From Eledone cirrhosa (taxonomy: Eukaryota), in assembly GCA_964016885.1 (NCBI GenBank), contig OZ024744.1, positions 47,492,001-47,556,000 on the forward strand: a stretch of DNA of 64,000 bases. The letters run 5' to 3'. Of this stretch, positions 26,871 through 40,290 are shown in pieces. The notes under the pieces are model-generated. The model did no database searches and was not told the DNA's origin. It saw only the letters and a list, made by a program, of their open reading frames with translations. The stretch's first letter is position 1, and every line of letters begins with the position of its first letter. The translations under genes and the position numbers were made by a program.

Positions 26871-29099
26871 TTTGCAGAGTCTTTCACATGTCCACTTTAC
26901 AGTGTGGGCTAGGTGCTTTTTGCTGTGTCTTTCACTTGTCCACTTTACAGTGTGAGCTGTGTGCTTTTTGCTGTGTCTTTCACATGTCCACTTTACAATG
27001 TGGGCTGGGTGCTTTTTGCTGTGCCTTTCACATGTCCACTTTACAGTGTGGGCTGGGTGGTTGTTGCTGTGTCTTTCTCACGTCCACTTTACAGTGTGGG
27101 CTGGGTGCTTTTTGCTGTGTCTTTCACATGTCCACTTTACAATGTGGGCTGGGTGCTTTTTGCTGTGTCTTTCACATGTCCACTTTACAGTGTGGGCTGG
27201 GTGCTTGTTGCTGTGTCTTTCACACGTCCACTTTACAGTGTGGGCTGGGTGGTTGTTGCTGTGTCTTTCTTACGTCCACTTTACAGTGTGGGCTGGGTGC
27301 TTTTTGCAGTGTCTTTCACACGTCCACTTTACAGTGTGGGCTGGGTACTTTTTGCTGTGTCTTTCACATATCCACTTTACAGTGTGGGCTGGGTGCTTTT
27401 TGCAGTGTCTTTCACACGTCTACTTTACAGTGTGGGCTGGGTGCTTTTTGCTGTGTCTTTAACATGTCCACTTTACAGTGTGGGCTAGGTGCTTTTTGCT
27501 GTGTCTTTCACTTGTCCACTTTACAGTGTGGGCTGTGTGCTTTTTGCTGTGTCTTTCACATGTCCACTTTACAATGTGGGCTGGGTGCTTTTTGCTGTGC
27601 CTTTCACATGTCCACTTTACAGTGCGGGCTGGGTACTTTTTGCTGTTTCTTTCACATGTCCACTTTACAGTGTGGGCTGGGTGCTTTTTGCTGTGTCTTT
27701 CATACGTCCACTTTACAGTATGGGCTGGGTGCTTTTTGCTGTGTCTTTCACACGTCCACTTTACAGTGTGGGCTTGGTGCTTTTTGCTGTGTCTTTCACA
27801 TGTCCACTTTACAGTGTGGGCTGGGTGCTTTTTGCTGTGTCTTTCACACGTCCACTTTACAGTGTGGGCTGCGCGCTTTTTGCTGTGTCTTTCACATGTC
27901 CACTTTACAGTGTGGGCTGGGTGCTTTTTGCAGTGTCTTTCACACGTCCACTTTAGAGTGTGGGCTGCGTGCTTTTTGCTGTGTCTTTCACATGTCCACT
28001 TTACAGTGCGGGCTGGGTGCTTTTTGCTGTGTCTTTCACATGTCCACTTTACAGTGTGGGCTGGGTGCTTTTTGCTGTGTCTTTCACACGTCCACTTTAC
28101 AGTATGGGCTGGGTGCTTTTTGCTGTGTCTTTCACACGTCCACTTTACAGTGCGGGCTTGGTGCTTTTTGCTGTGTCTTTCACATGTCCACTTTACAGTG
28201 TGGGCTGGGTGCTTTTTGCAATGTCTTTCACACGTCCACTTTACAGTGTGGGCTGGGTGCTTTTTGCTGTGTCTTTCACATGTCCACTTTACAGTGTGGG
28301 CTAGGTGCTTTTTGCTGTGTCTTTCACTTGTCCACTTTACAGTGTGGGCTGTGTGCTTTTTGCTGTGTCTTTCACATGTCCACTTTACAATGTGGGCTGG
28401 GTGCTTTTTGCTGTGCCTTTCACATGTCCACTTTACAGTGTGGGCTGGGTGGTTGTTGCTGTGTCTTTCTCACGTCCACTTTACAGTGTGGGCTGGGTGC
28501 TTTTTGCTGTGTCTTTCACACGTCCACTTTACAGTTTGGGCTGCGTGCTTTTTGCTGTGTCTTTCACATGTCCACTTTACAGTGCGGGCTGTGTGCTTTT
28601 TCCTGTGGCTTTCACATGTCCACTTTACAGTGTGGGCTGGGTGCTTTTTGCTGTGTCTTTCACACGTCCACTTTACAGTATGGGCTGGGTGCTTTTTGCT
28701 GTGTCTTTCACACGTCCACTTTACAGTGTGGGCTGGGTGCTTTCTGCTGTGTCTTTCACATGTCCACTTTACAATGTGGGCTGGGTGCTTTTTGCTGTGT
28801 CTTTCACATGTCCACTTTACAGTGTGGGCTGGGTGCTTGTTGCTGTGTCTTTCTCACGTCTACATTACAGTGTGGGCTGGGTGCTTTTTGCTGTGTCTTT
28901 CACATGTCCACTTTACAGTGTGGGCTGGGTGCTTTTTGCAGTGTCTTTCACACGTACACTTTACAGTGTGGGCTGGGTGCTTTTTCCTGTGTCTTTCACA
29001 TGTCCACTTTACAGTGTGGGCTAGGTGCTTTTTGCTGTGTCTTTCACTTGTCCACTTTACAGTGTGGGCTTGGTGCTTTTTGCTGTGTCTTTCACTTGT

Positions 29100-31800
29100 C
29101 CACTTTACAGTGTGGGCTTGGTGCTTTTTGCTGTGTCTTTCACATGTCCACTTTACAGTGTGGGCTGGGTGCTTGTTGCTGTGTCTTTCTCACGTCCACT
29201 TTACAGTGTGGGCTGGGTGCTTTTTGCTGTGTCTTTCACATGTCCACTTTACAATGTGGGCTGGGTGCTTTTTGCTGTGTCTTTCACAAGTCCACTTTAC
29301 AGTGTGGGCTGGGTGCTTTTTGCTGTGTCTTTCACACGTCCACTTTACAGTGTGGGCTGGGCGCTTTTTGCTGTGTCTTTCACATGTCCACTTTACAGTG
29401 TGGGCTGGGTGCTTTTTGCAGTGTCTTTCGCACGTCCACTTTAGAGTGTGGGCTGCGTGCTTTTTGCTGTGTCTTTCACATGTCCACTTTACAGTACGGG
29501 CTGGGTGCTTTTTGCTGTGTCTTTCACATGTCCACTTTACAGTGTGGGCTGGGTGCTTTTTGCTGTGTCTTTCACACGTCCACTTTACAGTATGGGCTGG
29601 GTGCTTTTTGCTGTGTCTTTCACACGTCCACTTTACAGTGTGGGCTTGGTGCTTTTTGCTGTGTCTTTCACATGTCCACTTTACAATGTGGGCTGGGTGC
29701 TTTTTGCTGTGTCTTTCACATGTCCACTTTACAGTGTCGGCTGGGTGCTTGTTGCTGTGTCTTTCACATGTCCACTTTACAGTGTGGGCTGGGTGCTTTT
29801 TGCTGAGTCTTTCACATGTCCACTTTACAGTGTGGGCTGGGTGCTTTTTGCAGTGTCTTTCACACGTCCACTTTACAGTGTGGGCTGGGTGCTTTTTGCT
29901 GTGTCTTTCACATGTCCACTTTACAGTGTGGGTTAGGTGCTTTTTGCTGTGTCTTTCACTTGTCCACTTTACAGTGTGGGCTGTGTGCTTTTTGCTGTGT
30001 CTTTCACATGTCCACTTTACAATGTGGGCTGGGTGCTTTTTGCTGTGCCTTTCACATGTCCACTTTACAGTGTGGGCTGGGTGGTTGTTGCTGTTTCTTT
30101 CTCACGTCCACTTTACAGTGTGGGCTGGGTGCTTTTTGCTGTGTCTTTCACACGTCCACTTTACAGTTTGGGCTGCGTGCTTTTTGCTGTCTCTTTCACA
30201 TGTCCACTTAACAGTGTGGGCTGGGTGCTTTTTGCTGTGTCTTTCACATGTCCACTTTACAATGTGGGCTGGGTGCTTTTTGCTCTGTCTTTCACATATC
30301 CACTTTACAGTGTGGATTGGGTGCTTTTTGCAGTGTCTTTCACACGTCCACGTTACAGTGTGGGCTGGGTGCTTTTTGCTGTGCCTTTCACATGTCCACT
30401 TTATAGTGTGAGCTGGGTGCTTTTTGCAGTGTCTTTCACACGTCCTCTTTACAGTGTGGGCTTGGTGCTTTTTGCTGTGTCTTTCACATGTCCACTTTAC
30501 AGTGTGGGCTGGGTGCTTGTTGCTGTGTCTTTCTCACGTCCACTTTACAGTGTGGGCTGGGTGCTTTTTGCTGTGTCTTTCACATGTCCACTTTACAATG
30601 TGGGCTGGGTGCTTTTTGCTGTGTCTTTCACAAGTCCACTTTACAGTGTGGGCTGGGTGCTTTTTGCTGTGTCTTTCACACGTCCACTTTACAGTGTGGG
30701 CTGGGCGCTTTTTGCTGTGTCTTTCACATGTCCACTTTACAGTGTGGGCTGGGTGCTTTTTGCAGTGTCTTTCGCACGTCCACTTTAGAGTGTGGGCTGC
30801 GTGCTTTTTGGTGTGTCTTTCACATGTCCACTTTACAGTACGGGCTGGGTGCTTTTTGCTGTGTCTTTCACATGTCCACTTTACAGTGTGGGCTGGGTGC
30901 TTTTTGCTGTGTCTTTCACACGTCCACTTTACAGTATGGGCTGGGTGCTTTTTGCTGTGTCTTTCACACGTCCACTTTACAGTGTGGGCTTGGTGCTTTT
31001 TGCTGTGTCTTTCACATGTCCACTTTACAATGTGGGCTGGGTGCTTTTTGCTGTGTCTTTCACATGTCCACTTTACAGTGTGGGCTGGGTGCTTGTTGCT
31101 GTGTCTTTCACATGTCCACTTTACAGTGTGGGCTGGGTGCTTTTTGCTGAGTCTTTCACATGTCCACTTTACAGTGTGGGCTGGGTGCTTTTTGCAGTGT
31201 CTTTCACACGTCCACTTTACAGTGTGGGCTGGGTGCTTTTTGCTGTGTCTTTCACATGTCCACTTTACAGTGTGGGTTAGGTGCTTTTTGCTGTGTCTTT
31301 CACTTGTCCACTTTACAGTGTGGGCTGTGTGCTTTTTGCTGTGTCTTTCACATGTCCACTTTACAATGTGGGCTGGGTGCTTTTTGCTGTGCCTTTCACA
31401 TGTCCACTTTACAGTGTGGGCTGGGTGGTTGTTGCTGTGTCTTTCTCACGTCCACTTTACAGTGTGGGCTGGGTGCTTTTTGCTGTGTCTTTCACACGTC
31501 CACTTTACAGTTTGGGCTGCGTGCTTTTTGCTGTCTCTTTCACATGTCCACTTAACAGTGTGGGCTGGGTGCTTTTTGCTGTGTCTTTCACATGTCCACT
31601 TTACAATGTGGGCTGGGTGCTTTTTGCTCTGTCTTTCACATATCCACTTTACAGTGTGGATTGGGTGCTTTTTGCAGTGTCTTTCACACGTCCACGTTAC
31701 AGTGTGGGCTGGGTGCTTTTTGCTGTGTCTTTCACATGTCCACTTTATAGTGTGAGCTGGGTGCTTTTTGCAGTGTCTTTCACACGTCCTCTTTACAGTG
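29100..31800 (+). repeat. 28-monomer (1,344 bp) tandem duplication
   Basis: Markers CACAAGTCC (~29285/~30629), CAGTACGGG and CACTTAACAG (~30205/~31549). ORF pairs 29448/30792 and 29816/31160 are offset by exactly 1344 = 28x48. Confidence 0.9.
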
Positions 31801-34800
31801 TGGGCTGGGTGCTTTTTGCTGTGTCTTTCACATGTCCACTTTACAGTGTGGGCTGGGTGATTTTTGCAGTGTCTTTCACACGTCCACTTTACAGTGTGGG
31901 CTGCGTGCTTTTTGCTGTGTCTTTCACATGTCCACTTTACAGTGCGGGCTGGGTGCTTTTTCCTGTGGCTTTCACATGTCCACTTTACAGTGTGGGCTGG
32001 GTGCTTTTTGCTGTGTCTTTCACACGTCCACTTTACAGTATGGGCTGGGTGCTTTTTGCTGTGTCTTTCACACGTCCACTTTACAGTGTGGGCTGGGTGC
32101 TTTCTGCTGTGTCTTTCACATGTCCACTTTACAATGTGGGCTGGGTGCTTTTTGCTGTGTCTTTCACATGTCCACTTTACAGTGTGGGCTGGGTGCTTGT
32201 TGCTGTGTCTTTCTCACGTCCACATTACAGTGTGGGCTGGGTGCTTTTTGCTGTGTCTTTCACATGTCCACTTTACAGTGTGGGCTGGGTGCTTTTTGCA
32301 GTGTCTTTCACACGTCCACTTTACAGTGTGGGCTGGGTGCTTTTTCCTGTGTCTTTCACATGTCCACTTTACAGTGTGGGCTAGGTGCTTTTTGCTGTGT
32401 CTTTCACTTGTCCACTTTACAGTGTGGGCTTGGTGCTTTTTGCTGTGTCTTTCACATGTCCACTTTACAATGTGGGCTGGGTGCTTTTTGCTGTGTCTTT
32501 CACATGTCCACTTTACAGTGTGGGCTGGGTGCTTGTTGCTGTGTCTTTCTCACGTCCACTTTACAGTGTGGGCTGGGTGCTTTTTGCTGAGTCTTTCACA
32601 TGTTCACTTTACAGTGTGGGCTGCGTGCTTTTTGCTGTGCCTTTCACATTTCCACTTTACAGTGTGGGCTAGGTGCTTTTTGCTGTGTTTTTCACTTGTC
32701 CACTTTACAGTGTGAGCTGTGTGCTTTTTGCTGTGTCTTTCACATGTCCACTTTACAATGTGGGCTGGGTGCTTTTTGCTGTGCCTTTCACATGTCCACT
32801 TTACAGTGTGGGCTGGGTGGTTGTTGCTGTGTCTTTCTTACGTCCACTTTACAGTGTGGGCTGGGTGCTTTTTGCTGTGTCTTTCACACGTCCACTTTAC
32901 AGTGTGGGCTGCGTGCTTTTTGCTGTGTCTTTCACATGTCCACTTTACAGTGTGGGCTGGGTGCTTTTTGCAGTGTCTTTCACACGTCCACTTTACAGTG
33001 TGGGCTGGGTGCTTTTTGCTGTGTCTTTCACATATCCACTTTACAGTGTGGGCTGGGTGCTTTTTGCAGTGTCTTTCACACGTCCACTTTACAGTGTGGG
33101 CTGGGTGCTTTTTGCTGTGTCTTTAACATGTCCACTTTAGAGTGTGGGCTAGGTGCTTTTTGCTGTGTCTTTCACTTGTCCACTTTACAGTGTGGGCTGT
33201 GTGCTTTTTGCTGTGTCTTTCACATGTCCACTTTACAATGTGGGCTGGGTGCTTTTTGCTGTGCCTTTCACATGTCCACTTTACAGTGTGGGCTGGGTGG
33301 TTGTTGCTGTGTCTTTCTCATGTCCACTTTACGGTGTGGGCTGGGTGCGTTTTGCTGTGTCTTTCACACGTCCACTTTACAGTGTGGGCTGCGTGCTTTT
33401 TGCTGTGTCTTTCACATGTCCACTTTACAGTGTGGGCTGGGTGCTTTTTGCAGTGTCTTTCACACGTCCACTTTACAGTGTGGGCCGCGTGCTTTTTGCT
33501 GTGTCTTTCACATGTCCACTTTACAGTGCGGGCTGGGTGCTTTTTGCTGTTTCTTTCACATGTCCACTTTACAGTGTGGGCTTGGTGCTTTTTGCTGTGT
33601 CTTTCACACGTCCACTTTACAGTATGGGCTGGGTGCTTTTTGCTGTGTCTTTCACACGTCCACTTTACAGTGTGGGCTTGGTGCTTTTTGCTGTGTCTTT
33701 CACATGTCCACTTTACAATGTGGGCTGGGTGCTTTTTGCTGTGTCTTTCTCACGTCCACTTTACAGTGTGGGCTGGGTGCTTGTCGCTGTGTCTTTCTCA
33801 CGTCCACTTTACAGTGTGGGCTGGGTGCTTTTTGCTGAGTCTTTCACATGTCCACTTTACAGTGTGGGCTGGGTGCTTTTTGCAGTGTCTTTCACACGTC
33901 CACTTTACAGTGTAGGCTTGGTGCTTTTTGCTGTGTCTTTCACATGTCCACTTTACAGTGTGGGCTAGGTGCTTTTTGCTGTGTCTTTCACTTGTCCACT
34001 TTACAGTGTGAGCTGTGTGCTTTTTGCTGTGTCTTTCACATGTCCACTTTACAATGTGGGCTGGGTGCTTTTTGCTGTGCCTTTCACATGTCCACTTTAC
34101 AGTGTGGGCTGGGTGGTTGTTGCTGTGTCTTTCTCACGTCCAGTTTACAGTGTGGGCTGGGTGCTTTTTGCAGTGTCTTTCACACGTCCACTTTACAGTG
34201 TGGGCTGGGTACTTTTTGCTGTGTCTTTCACATATCCACTTTACAGTGTGTGCTGGGTGTTTTTTGCAGTGTCTTTCACACGTCCACTTTACAGTGTGGG
34301 CTGGGTGCTTTTTGCTGTGTCTTTAACATGTCCACTTTACAGTGTGGGCTAGGTGCTTTTTGCTGTGTCTTTCACTTGTCCACTTTACAGTGTGGGCTGT
34401 GTGCTTTTTGCTGTGTCTTTCACATGTCCACTTTACAATGTGGGCTGGGTGCTTTTTGCTGTGCCTTTCACATGTCCACTTTACAGTGTGGGCTGGGTGG
34501 TTGTTGCTGTGTCTTTCTCATGTCCACTTTACAGTGTGGGCTGGGTGCGTTTTGCTGTGTCTTTCACACGTCCACTTTACAGCGTGGGCTGCGTGCTTTT
34601 TGCTGTGTCTTTCACATGTCCACTTTACAGTGTGGGCTGGGTGCTTTTTGCAGTGTCTTTCACACGTCCACTTTACAGTGTGGGCTGCGTGCTTTTTGCT
34701 GTGTCTTTCACATGTCCACTTTACAGTGCGGGCTGGGTGCTTTTTGCTGTTTCTTTCACATGTCCACTTTACAGTGTGGGCTGGGTGCTTTTTGCTGTGT

Positions 34801-37800
34801 CTTTCACACGTCCACTTTACAGTATGGGCTGGGTGCTTTTTGCTGTGTCTTTCACACGTCCACTTTACAGTGTGGGCTTGGTGCTTTTTGCTGTGTCTTT
34901 CACATGTCCACTTTACAATGTGGGCTGGGTGCTTTTTGCTGTGTCTTTCACATGTCCACTTTACAGTGTGGGCTGGGTGCTTGTTGCTGTGTCTTTCTCA
35001 CGTCTACATTACAGTGTGGGCTGGGTGCTTTTTGCTGTGTCTTTCACATGTCCACTTTACAGTGTGGGCAGGGTGCTTTTTGCAGTGTCTTTCACACGTC
35101 CACTTTACAGTGTGGGCTGGGTGCTTTTTCCTGTGTCTTTCACATGTCCACTTTACAGTGTGGGCTAGGTGCTTTTTGCTGTGTCTTTCACTTGTCCACT
35201 TTACAGTGTGGGCTTGGTGCTTTTTGCTGTGTCTTTCACATGTCCACTTTACAATGTGGGCTGGGTGCTTTTTGCTGTGTCTTTCACATGTCCACTTTAC
35301 AGTGTGGGCTGGGTGCTTGTTGCTGTGTCTTTCTCACGTCCACTTTACAGTGTGGGCTGGGTGGTTTTGCTGTGTCTTTCACATGTCCACTTTACAATGT
35401 GGGCTGGGTGCTTTTTGCTGTGTCTTTCACATGTCCACTTTACAGTGTGGGCTGGGTGCTTTTTGCTTTGTCTTTCATACGTCCACTTTACAGTGTGGGC
35501 TGGGCGCTTTTTGCTGTGTCTTTCACATGTCCACTTTACAGTGTGGGCTGGGTGCTTTTTGCAGTGTCTTTCACACCTCCACTTTAGAGTGTGGGCTGCG
35601 TGCTTTTTGCTGTGTCTTTCATATGTCCACTTTACAGTGCGGGCTGGGTGCTTTTTGCTGTGTCTTTCACATGTCCACTTTACAGTGTGGGCTGGGTGCT
35701 TTTTGCTGTGTCTTTCACACGTCCACTTTACAGTATGGGCTGGGTGCTTTTTGCTGTGTCTTTCACATGTCCACTTTACAGTGTGGGCTGGGTGCTTGTT
35801 GCTGTGTCTTTCTAACGTCCACTTTACAGTGTGGGCTGGGTGCTTTTTGCTGAGTCTTTCACATGTCCACTTTACAGTGTGGGCTGGGTGCTTTTTGCAG
35901 TGTCTTTCACACGTCCACTTTACAGTGTGGGCTGGGTGCTTTTTGCTGTGTCTTTCACATGTCCACTTTACAGTGTGGGCTAGGTGCTTTTTGCTGTGTC
36001 TTTCACTTGTCCACTTTACAGTGTGGGCTGTGTGCTTTTTGCTGTGTCTTTCACATGTCCACTTTACAATGTGGGCTGGGTGCTTTTTGCTGTGTCTTTC
36101 ACATGTCCACTTTACAATGTGGGCTGGGTGCTTTTTGCTGTGTCTTTCACATGTCCACTTTACAGTGTGGGCTGGGTGCTTGTTGCTGTGTCTTTCTAAC
36201 GTCCACTTTACAGTGTGGGCTGGGTGCTTTTTGCTGAGTCTTTCACATGTCCACTTTACAGTGTGGGCTGGGTGCTTTTTGCAGTGTCTTTCACACGTCC
36301 ACTTTACAGTGTGGGCTGGGTGCTTTTTGCTGTGTCTTTCACATGTCCACTTTACAGTGTGGGCTAGGTGCTTTTTGCTGTGTCTTTCACTTGTCCACTT
36401 TACAGTGTGGGCTGTGTGCTTTTTGCTGTGTCTTTTACATGTCCACTTTACAGTGTGGGCTGTGTGCTTTTTGCTGTGTCTTTCACATGTCCACTTTACA
36501 ATGTGGGCTGGGTGCTTTTTGCTGTGCCTTTCACATGTCCACTTTACAGTGTGGATTGGGTGCTTTTTGCAGTGTCTTTCACACGTCCACGTTACAGTGT
36601 GGGCTGGGTGCTTTTTGCTGTGTCTTTCACATGTCCACTTTATAGTGTGAGCTGGGTGCTTTTTGCAGTGTCTTTCACACGTCCTCTTTACAGTGTGGGC
36701 TGGGTGCTTTTTGCTGTGTCTTTCACATGTCCACTTTACAGTGTGGGCTGGGTGATTTTTGCAGTGTCTTTCACACGTCCACTTTACAGTGTGGGCTGCG
36801 TGCTTTTTGCTGTGTCTTTCACATGTCCACTTTACAGTGCGGGCTGGGTGCTTTTTCCTGTGGCTTTCACATGTCCACTTTACAGTGTGGGCTGGGTGCT
36901 TTTTGCTGTGTCTTTCACACGTCCACTTTACAGTATGGGCTGGGTGCTTTTTGCTGTGTCTTTCACACGTCCACTTTACAGTGTGGGCTGGGTGCTTTCT
37001 GCTGTGTCTTTCACATGTCCACTTTACAATGTGGGCTGGGTGCTTTTTGCTGTGTCTTTCACATGTCCACTTTACAGTGTGGGCTGGGTGCTTGTTGCTG
37101 TGTCTTTCTCACGTCCACATTACAGTGTGGGCTGGGTGCTTTTTGCTGTGTCTTTCACATGTCCACTTTACAGTGTGGGCTGGGTGCTTTTTGCAGTGTC
37201 TTTCACACGTCCACTTTACAGTGTGGGCTGGGTGCTTTTTCCTGTGTCTTTCACATGTCCACTTTACAGTGTGGGCTAGGTGCTTTTTGCTGTGTCTTTC
37301 ACTTGTCCACTTTACAGTGTGGGCTTGGTGCTTTTTGCTGTGTTTTTCACATGTCCACTTTACAATGTGGGCTGGGTGCTTTTTGCTGTGTCTTTCACAT
37401 GTCCACTTTACAGTGTGGGCTGGGTGCTTGTTGCTGTGTCTTTCTCACGTCCACTTTACAGTGTGGGCTGGGTGCTTTTTGCTGAGTCTTTCACATGTCC
37501 ACTTTACAGTGTGGGCTGGGTTCTTTTTGCTGTGTCTTTCACATTTCCACTTTACAGTGTGGGCTAGGTGCTTTTTGCTGTGTTTTTCACTTGTCCACTT
37601 TACAGTGTGAGCTGTGTGCTTTTTGCTGTGTCTTTCACATGTCCACTTTACAATGTGGGCTGGGTGCTTTTTGCTGTGCCTTTCACATGTCCACTTTACA
37701 GTGTGGGCTGGGTGGTTGTTGCTGTGTCTTTCTTACGTCCACTTTACAGTGTGGGCTGGGTGCTTTTTGCTGTGTCTTTCACACGTCCACTTTACAGTGT

Positions 37801-39239
37801 GGGCTGCGTGCTTTTTGCTGTGTCTTTCACATGTCCACTTTACAGTGTGGGCTGGGTGCTTTTTGCAGTGTCTTTCACACGTCCACTTTACAGTGTGGGC
37901 TGGGTGCTTTTTGCTGTGTCTTTCACATATCCACTTTACAGTGTGGGCTGGGTGCTTTTTGCAGTGTCTTTCACACGTCCACTTTACAGTGTGGGCTGGG
38001 TGCTTTTTGCTGTGTCTTTAACATGTCCACTGTACAGTGTGGGCTAGGTGCTTTTTGCTGTGTCTTTCACTTGTCCACTTTACAGTGTGGGCTGTGTGCT
38101 TTTTGCTGTGTCTTTCACATGTCCACTTTACAATGTGGGCTGGGTGCTTTTTGCTGTGCCTTTCACATGTCCACTTTACAGTGTGGGCTGGGTGGTTGTT
38201 GCTGTGTCTTTCTCATGTCCACTTTACAGTGTGGGCTGGGTGCGTTTTGCTGTGTCTTTCACACGTCCACTTTACAGTGTGGGCTGCGTGCTTTTTGCTG
38301 TGTCTTTCACATGTCCACTTTACAGTGTGGGCTGGGTGCTTTTTGCAGTGTCTTTCACACGTCCACTTTACAGTGTGGGCTGCGTGCTTTTTGCTGTGTC
38401 TTTCACATGTCCACTTTACAGTGCGGGCTGGGTGCTTTTTGCTGTTTCTTTCACATGTCCACTTTACAGTGTGGGCTTGGTGCTTTTTGCTGTGTCTTTC
38501 ACACGTCCACTTTACAGTATGGACTGGGTGCTTTTTGCTGTGTCTTTCACACGTCCACTTTACAGTGTGGGCTTGGTGCTTTTTGCTGTGTCTTTCACAT
38601 GTCCACTTTACAATGTGGGCTGGGTGCTTTTTGCTGTGTCTTTCTCACGTCCACTTTACAGTGTGGGCTGGGTGCTTGTCGCTGTGTCTTTCTCACGTCC
38701 ACTTTACAGTGTGGGCTGGGTGCTTTTTGCTGAGTCTTTCACATGTCCACTTTACAGTGTGGGCTGGGTGCTTTTTGCAGTGTCTTTCACACGTCCACTT
38801 TACAGTGTAGGCTTGGTGCTTTTTGCTGTGTCTTTCACATGTCCACTTTACAGTGTGGGCTAGGTGCTTTTTGCTGTGTCTTTCACTTGTCCACTTTACA
38901 GTGTGAGCTGTGTGCTTTTTGCTGTGTCTTTCACATGTCCACTTTACAATGTGGGCTGGGTGCTTTTTGCTGTGCCTTTCACATGTCCACTTTACAGTGT
39001 GGGCTGGGTGGTTGTTGCTGTGTCTTTCTCACGTCCAGTTTACAGTGTGGGCTGGGTGCTTTTTGCAGTGTCTTTCACACGTCCACTTTACAGCGTGGGC
39101 TGGGTACTTTTTGCTGTGTCTTTCACATATCCACTTTACAGTGTGGGCTGGGTGTTTTTTGCAGTGTCTTTCACACGTCCACTTTACAGTGTGGGCTGGG
39201 TGCTTTTTGCTGTGTCTTTAACATGTCCACTTTACAGTG

Positions 39240-40290
39240 TGGGCTAGGTGCTTTTTGCTGTGTCTTTCACTTGTCCACTTTACAGTGTGGGCTGTGTGCT
39301 TTTTGCTGTGTCTTTCACATGTCCATTTTACAATGTGGGCTGGGTGCTTTTTGCTGTGCCTTTCACATGTCCACTTTACAGTGTGGGCTGGGTGGTTGTT
39401 GCTGTGTCTTTCTCATGTCCACTTTACAGTGTGGGCTGGGTGCGTTTTGCTGTGTCTTTCACACGTCCACTTTACAGCGTGGGCTGCGTGCTTTTTGCTG
39501 TGTCTTTCACATGTCCACTTTACAGTGTGGGCTGGGTGCTTTTTGCAGTGTCTTTCACACGTCCACTTTACAGTGTGGGCTGCGTGCTTTTTGCTGTGTC
39601 TTTCACATGTCCACTTTACAGTGCGGGCTGGGTGCTTTTTGCTGTTTCTTTCACATGTCCACTTTACAGTGTGGGCTGGGTGCTTTTTGCTGTGTCTTTC
39701 ACACGTCCACTTTACAGTATGGGCTGGGTGCTTTTTGCTGTGTCTTTCACACGTCCACTTTACAGTGTGGGCTAGGTGCTTTTTGCTGTGTCTTTCACTT
39801 GTCCACTTTACAGTGTGGGCTGTGTGCTTTTTGCTGTGTCTTTCACATGTCCATTTTACAATGTGGGCTGGGTGCTTTTTGCTGTGCCTTTCACATGTCC
39901 ACTTTACAGTGTGGGCTGGGTGGTTGTTGCTGTGTCTTTCTCATGTCCACTTTACAGTGTGGGCTGGGTGCGTTTTGCTGTGTCTTTCACACGTCCACTT
40001 TACAGCGTGGGCTGCGTGCTTTTTGCTGTGTCTTTTACATGTCCACTTTACAGTGTGGGCTGGGTGCTTTTTGCAGTGTCTTTCACACGTCCACTTTACA
40101 GTGTGGGCTGCGTGCTTTTTGCTGTGTCTTTCACATGTCCACTTTACAGTGCGGGCTGGGTGCTTTTTGCTGTTTCTTTCACATGTCCACTTTACAGTGT
40201 GGGCTGGGTGCTTTTTGCTGTGTCTTTCACACGTCCACTTTACAGTATGGGCTGGGTGCTTTTTGCTGTGTCTTTCACACGTCCACTTTA
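39240..40290 (+). repeat. 11-monomer (528 bp) local tandem duplication
   Basis: ORFs 39248 and 39776 are offset by 528 = 11x48. CCATTTTACAAT and CAGCGTGGG are each repeated at that distance. Confidence 0.85.
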
